The translations under genes were made by a program, and so were the position numbers. The notes beneath the pieces were generated by a model. It saw nothing but the letters and a program-made list of their open reading frames with translations. It ran no database searches and was not told where the DNA came from. From the IMG/VR virus record IMGVR_UViG_3300045988_165521: DNA of 64,000 nucleotides; one strand, written 5' to 3'. Within the stretch, counting starts at the first letter, position 1, and each line of letters opens with the position of its first letter. Of this stretch, positions 59,421-64,000 are shown piece by piece. This stretch comes from a virus.

Positions 59421-62400
59421 AATCTAATTTATCTCCAATATACTTAAGATCACTCATAAATCCAAATGTACTTGTAGCTCCTTCCCAGAGATTTTTATCT
59501 CCAGTAATAACAGCTGTACTTTGATTTACAATATTCTTAATAATAGAGTATGCAGGTGGATTTAAGTCTCCTGCAAATTGTGCAACAATATTTTGAATTG
59601 GACCATCTTGAAATGATGTATATAAAGCCATAGCTCCTAAGTGTCCTAATGCTCCTAATTCTTCTTTATTTTCTTCTGAAAGGAATACTGCATATATCAT
59701 CCACATTATTAGACTCATAAATATTAAATCAGTTAAGAATAAATAAAAATTAGCCTTTTTAGTTGGATTAGCTCATAATGCTTTAAATTCATTATAATCC
59801 ATTTTACCTATAGCTTTTAGAAAATCAATCATAGAATAAGCAATACCTTCAATAAATCTTCCTTGCCATTCTACATAAGGAGTAGCTGTTTCTCCTTCTT
59901 TTACATTTGTTTCAAGATCAACTCTTGTAGTAGGTAACCCATTTTCTCCTGTTGATTGAATCATTACATAACGAACTCCATTTTCATCAAATTTTTCTAC
60001 AAACTTACCTTGATCATAAGTTCCAGGTTTAAGAATCCATTGTTCAAGTTTAGCAGAAAGGAATGTACGGAATTGTAACATCATAGCTCCCATAAACATA
60101 CTTTTAGCAAGCATCTGAGTATTTTTATCATAGTGTCCAAAACAAAGTTCTGCAAAAGACTTAATACTTGTTGCTTCTCTAACAGTATAGGCTCTAGGTA
60201 ATGGTTGTCCTTTTTCAATATTTCATCCTTCTTGATTGAATTGCTGTCTATAAGCTTCATATAATCCTTCTTGTCTCTTATAAGCTTCAGAATTTACATC
60301 AGCTCCTGCAGCAGTAAACACATTAAAACGTTTATCCTTCTTAAAGTCATATACTAATTCATCATCTGAATTTAAACTATATGCTTCTCAGCATCCATCA
60401 TGAATCATTTTTGCAATTAATAAGCCCATTCTATGATATACATCAGGAGCTCTATTACAAACATATAACATATCAGAATTAAAGTTCTTAATACCATTAC
60501 GAGATTGACTGAGTTCTTTTTGAACTATGTCGGCGTCCATATTAGCCATACCAAAGTCTGCATTTAAAGCTTCAACTTTTGTTAAAGTAGCAATACGCTT
60601 TGGACTATCTTTAAAGATAATTCCTCAAGCTTCAGCTAAATCCTTTCCAGAAAATTGATCTTTTCCATAAGCATTTGTCATAGCTCTACTAATATGAATT
60701 CACATACCTTGCATCATTTCTCGAAGTCCAGATCTTAAGTTAAGACCTAAAGCAGTAGCAGTAGTAAATTTCTTAATTGCAGCTAAAGTTTTATAAACAG
60801 GTTGTAAACCTTTATCCATAATAGGTTTATTATAGATATTAACTGTTAGATACTTATCAAGAAATTCAAGTAAGTTTTCTGCTTCTTGTCCATACATTGC
60901 TTGATTATACTGTAATGCTATTTTAATTCCTTGAATTTGAGGAATAATATCATTGTATTCTGCTTCTGCAACATATGCATGAATATAGCTTCTTAATAAA
61001 TCTTCGAGTTGAGTTTCAAGACTATTTATTCCATGATTTGATATAATTTGCTCTCGGGTATCATTTCCAATTTTAAATTTGTTATATACTCTTTGCGCAT
61101 CTTTAGCAAGATCAAAATCCTTCATTTGTTCCTCAAACAGCCTTAACATATTAGTAACTTTTTGATACTCCATTTTAAGACCTTCTTTAAAACCTTTATT
61201 ATGGAATTGAGACTTCATAGAACCAATAGTTACAGGAACTTGATAATAAGTTCCGTCTTCTATTGCTTGTTGATAACGTCCAGGATTTCCTTCAAAACGA
61301 AGTTGGTTTACAATTTCTGTAAATGTTTTTATTAACGCTTTTTCTTCTTTAGCTAAAGAACTATCATTAATGTCTTTTAACATAAAATCTTTTGTAATAT
61401 TACCATTTTCATCTCTTCTAAATAGATTATCAAAATATTTTACTTCTCCACCTATTAAACGGTTTTGATCTTTAAATTTATAAAATTCCTTAAATACTTT
61501 TCTAATCTTAGAATCCCAAGCTAATTCTTGTCTACGTATCTTAGTTTCTGTTACTGCAACAATACGTCCAACTTCTTGAGCTGTTAATGAAGGAGAATTA
61601 TTAATACTTGTAATATTAGTTCCTGCGTGAAAACTACCTGTTACACTAACTCATTTTGCAGGGTCTGGTTCAATATAAACTTCATATCCTCTTACTTTGT
61701 TAAGAGCTTTTCCAAGTAACATATAGGAAGTTTGTAAAGGATCATCAAAATTTCATTGCCCAGTATGTATTGCTTTACGCAATCCCTGAGCGTTATCTAG
61801 TTTCCTAAGTTCTTCCATTCTATTTTTTAGAAATTCTCCACCTTTAATAACATCATCGGCACTAAATGTAACAGCTCAATTTCCAATATGTTTTAGTTTT
61901 TCAGGACCACATATATCAGTAATTGTACTTACCACAGATTCAAGAGTTGAACTAAAGTTTGATCTTTTAAGATTTATAGGAACATTGTGTATTCTACATA
62001 ATTCTACAAAGTTATCATATAACTTATCAAAATATTGCTCTGAACCAGTTTGTTGCCAAATATTAATACTTTCAATTTTATTAATTCGATAATTTTCATA
62101 TTTAATAGCATCGCTATTTAGTAATGCCATTACTTTAATTAAGTCAATATTTCCATTTGTCGCAGACATTATTTTATGTTCATCAACATCTCGATTAGCT
62201 ATTGTTGAACCTAAAATATTTGTTCCCTTTTCAAGTTTAACTGTTTGATGAGTAACATTATTTGTAATAGATACTATTTCTAATACTTTATTTTTTGTAA
62301 ATACTAGTAAACCTGCAGAAATAAATGATGGATTATTTTCAAATTGCCATTCTCCTTCAATATATTTTTCAATATGTCTACGTAAAAAGTCTCCTTTATA

Positions 62401-63855
62401 TGGATTATCCTTTGCAATATCGTTAATATCCATCGATCCCTGCTGGACATTTATAATATCCTGAGCAATATCAGCTAACTCATTTCCACGTCGCTCATTA
62501 ATACTTTTTATATAGTCCTCTAACTTTTTATCAAGTTCTTCTTCCGTTTGAGCATATTCTCACCTACTTTTTACAGAATCTTTAGGTTTATATTCATTTC
62601 AGAATCTATATTTTCCATATCCTGCTTCAGGAGCAGAAGAACTAATATATTGAACGATTTTTTCTTTATAAAACTTAAAGTTTGCGTTCTTTCTTTGAAC
62701 TTTTGAAGATAGTTCATAATTAGGAAAGAACTTACTCATAGGTTCTTCAATAGTTTTAATAATATCAAATGAATCTGTTAAACGTCTAATAGGAATAATT
62801 TCTCTAACTCTATCATAATATTTTCCAATTGTATTAGATGGATTTACTATAATATTATCAGAATCAATGTATACACTCGATAAATTATCAATTTGAGATA
62901 AATTATCATTTCCTGAATTATCTTTTTTATAATCAATATCAAGTTTAACAGGAATAATTCCTACTGTAGCTACATTAATACCTTGTTGTTCTAACATAGC
63001 TTTATAGAAGTTTAACTGATATGCTGCACCTAATTTTTTAGTAGAAGCTCATACATTATTTAATAATGCATTTCTAGTTTCATCTCAAGCTCCTACTGCT
63101 TTTCGAGATACTTTAAAATCTCGAATATGAGCATTACCATTTTTATCTACAATTAATAAGTCAATTCTACCATTAATTGAATTTAATCCTGCTGCTTTAT
63201 AAGGTTCAGCTATATCTTCAGAAACAATTGGTATTTCAGTAATGAATTTACAGTCTCTTCCAAATTTTTCTTTAGTGTCTTCTATAAAATCTCTTAATTG
63301 GTTTTGTAACAATGATACTTGCTCTTCATTTAATAATTTTGGAGTATATTCTATTTCAGGATTAATTACAGATTCAAAAAGTTTATGTACTTCTGTACCA
63401 TAATCGGTTAGTTGAGTTCAACTCTTTTGTAGATCCTCCAAATATTTATCTGCTTCGTTCGAAGTCATGCCTTTTTTCATTAGTCTTTCTTTTTCTCTTT
63501 TCAGATACTCTTCAAGATTAAATTTTGTAACTAATACTTTAGCTAAATCAAAAGGATCTCCATAGGTTGTAAGGAACTTAGTAACACCCATTGATTTATC
63601 TAATTTTAGAGCAATTTCCTTTTCTCCGTCTTCATTTGTTATTTCAAACTCTGTAGCAAGTGATTTATATTTTTTTATAGCTTCACTTATTTTATCTACA
63701 GTGACTTGTTGTTGATCTACTTGTAGTGTTGCATCAACATTATCAACTACCATATTTTGAGCGTAGTTGTCAAGAAACGTGTCCAACTCCATTTCGGAGT
63801 TGAACACTTTCTTTTCACCGTTTATCGTAATTTCGTATGTACAATTTCTTGCCAT
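59419..63855 (-). CDS. large hypothetical protein, 1478 codons with 13 in-frame TGA (possible virion/cargo protein; weak N-terminal PD-(D/E)XK-like motif)
   Basis: All seven minus-strand track ORFs share one frame. I scanned the gaps triplet by triplet and found only TGA (59773, 60223, 60388, 60625, 60700, 61651, 61753, 61876, 62560, 62599, 63049, 63085, 63418), no TAA or TAG. TAA stop at 59419-59421. Confidence 0.7.
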
Positions 63856-64000
63856 TATTTACAATCTTCTTTTATAATATCATCATTCATTAATTTATTC
63901 TTGATTGTAGCTACTTTTTGACTAAGTTTATAGTTTTCATGAATAAAACTATCATAGAATGGCATGATTTCTCCACTATTAATAATAGCTTTAAGTTCAG
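63855..64000 (-). CDS. hypothetical protein (3' end only; continues beyond window)
   Basis: Open frame ending ...NKLMNDDIIKEDCK with TAA 63855-63857 overlapping the ATG of the downstream gene. Confidence 0.4.
   Translation of the reverse strand, partial: ELKAIINSGEIMPFYDSFIHENYKLSQKVATIKNKLMNDDIIKEDCK

Noticed and set aside
1-64000. TAG (amber) reassignment in addition to TGA.
   Set aside because: TAG closes many well-delimited genes (for example 935, 1161, 8719, 11103, 23114, 24313, 25212, 55912). No conserved protein here requires TAG readthrough, and no CUA-anticodon tRNA was found.
1-64000. CRISPR array, integrase/attachment site, rRNA, tmRNA.
   Set aside because: No regularly spaced direct repeats, no tyrosine or serine recombinase motifs, and no rRNA-like or tmRNA-like sequence were recognised by eye.

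Overview
AT-rich dsDNA phage segment. It holds a tRNA-rich accessory arm (about 1-20.4 kb), a replication and nucleotide-metabolism module (about 20.9-59.3 kb, + strand), and the start of a convergently transcribed minus-strand block (59.4-64 kb). TTTG-N19-20-TAnnTTTG promoter boxes and the gene content suggest a large crAss-like phage of a Bacteroidota host; this is inference. Main points, all read by eye from the sequence. (1) TGA is an in-frame sense codon, almost certainly Trp, in most genes right of about 20.9 kb. NrdJ, DNA polymerase, RNase H, ligase, primase, helicases and a 1478-codon minus-strand gene are intact only if TGA is read through. The supplied ORF track, made with the standard code, fragments these genes. 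(2) I found 14 tRNA genes. One is a tRNA whose UCA (opal-reading) anticodon is assembled only after removal of a 346-nt group I intron (20458-20803), and its extra arm copies a tRNA-Trp anticodon arm. (3) Four more group I introns interrupt protein genes: a Sak4-like ATPase, a nucleotidase, ThyX and an AAA+ ATPase. They carry LAGLIDADG, HNH and GIY-YIG ORFs and one unrecognised ORF. Five free-standing homing-endonuclease genes are also present. (4) The left arm is nearly free of in-frame TGA. It contains ATGA start/stop overlaps where TGA looks like a stop, and the suppressor tRNA sits at the boundary. (5) Further items are a family of small Cys-rich paralogs interleaved with tRNAs, two atypical tRNAs, two AAA+/vWA pairs, and host-type metabolic genes (mgsA, MgtC, GMP reductase-like, ferritin-like). 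No rRNA, CRISPR array or integrase was seen. Coordinates of TGA-containing CDS were rebuilt manually. No database search or folding program was run.
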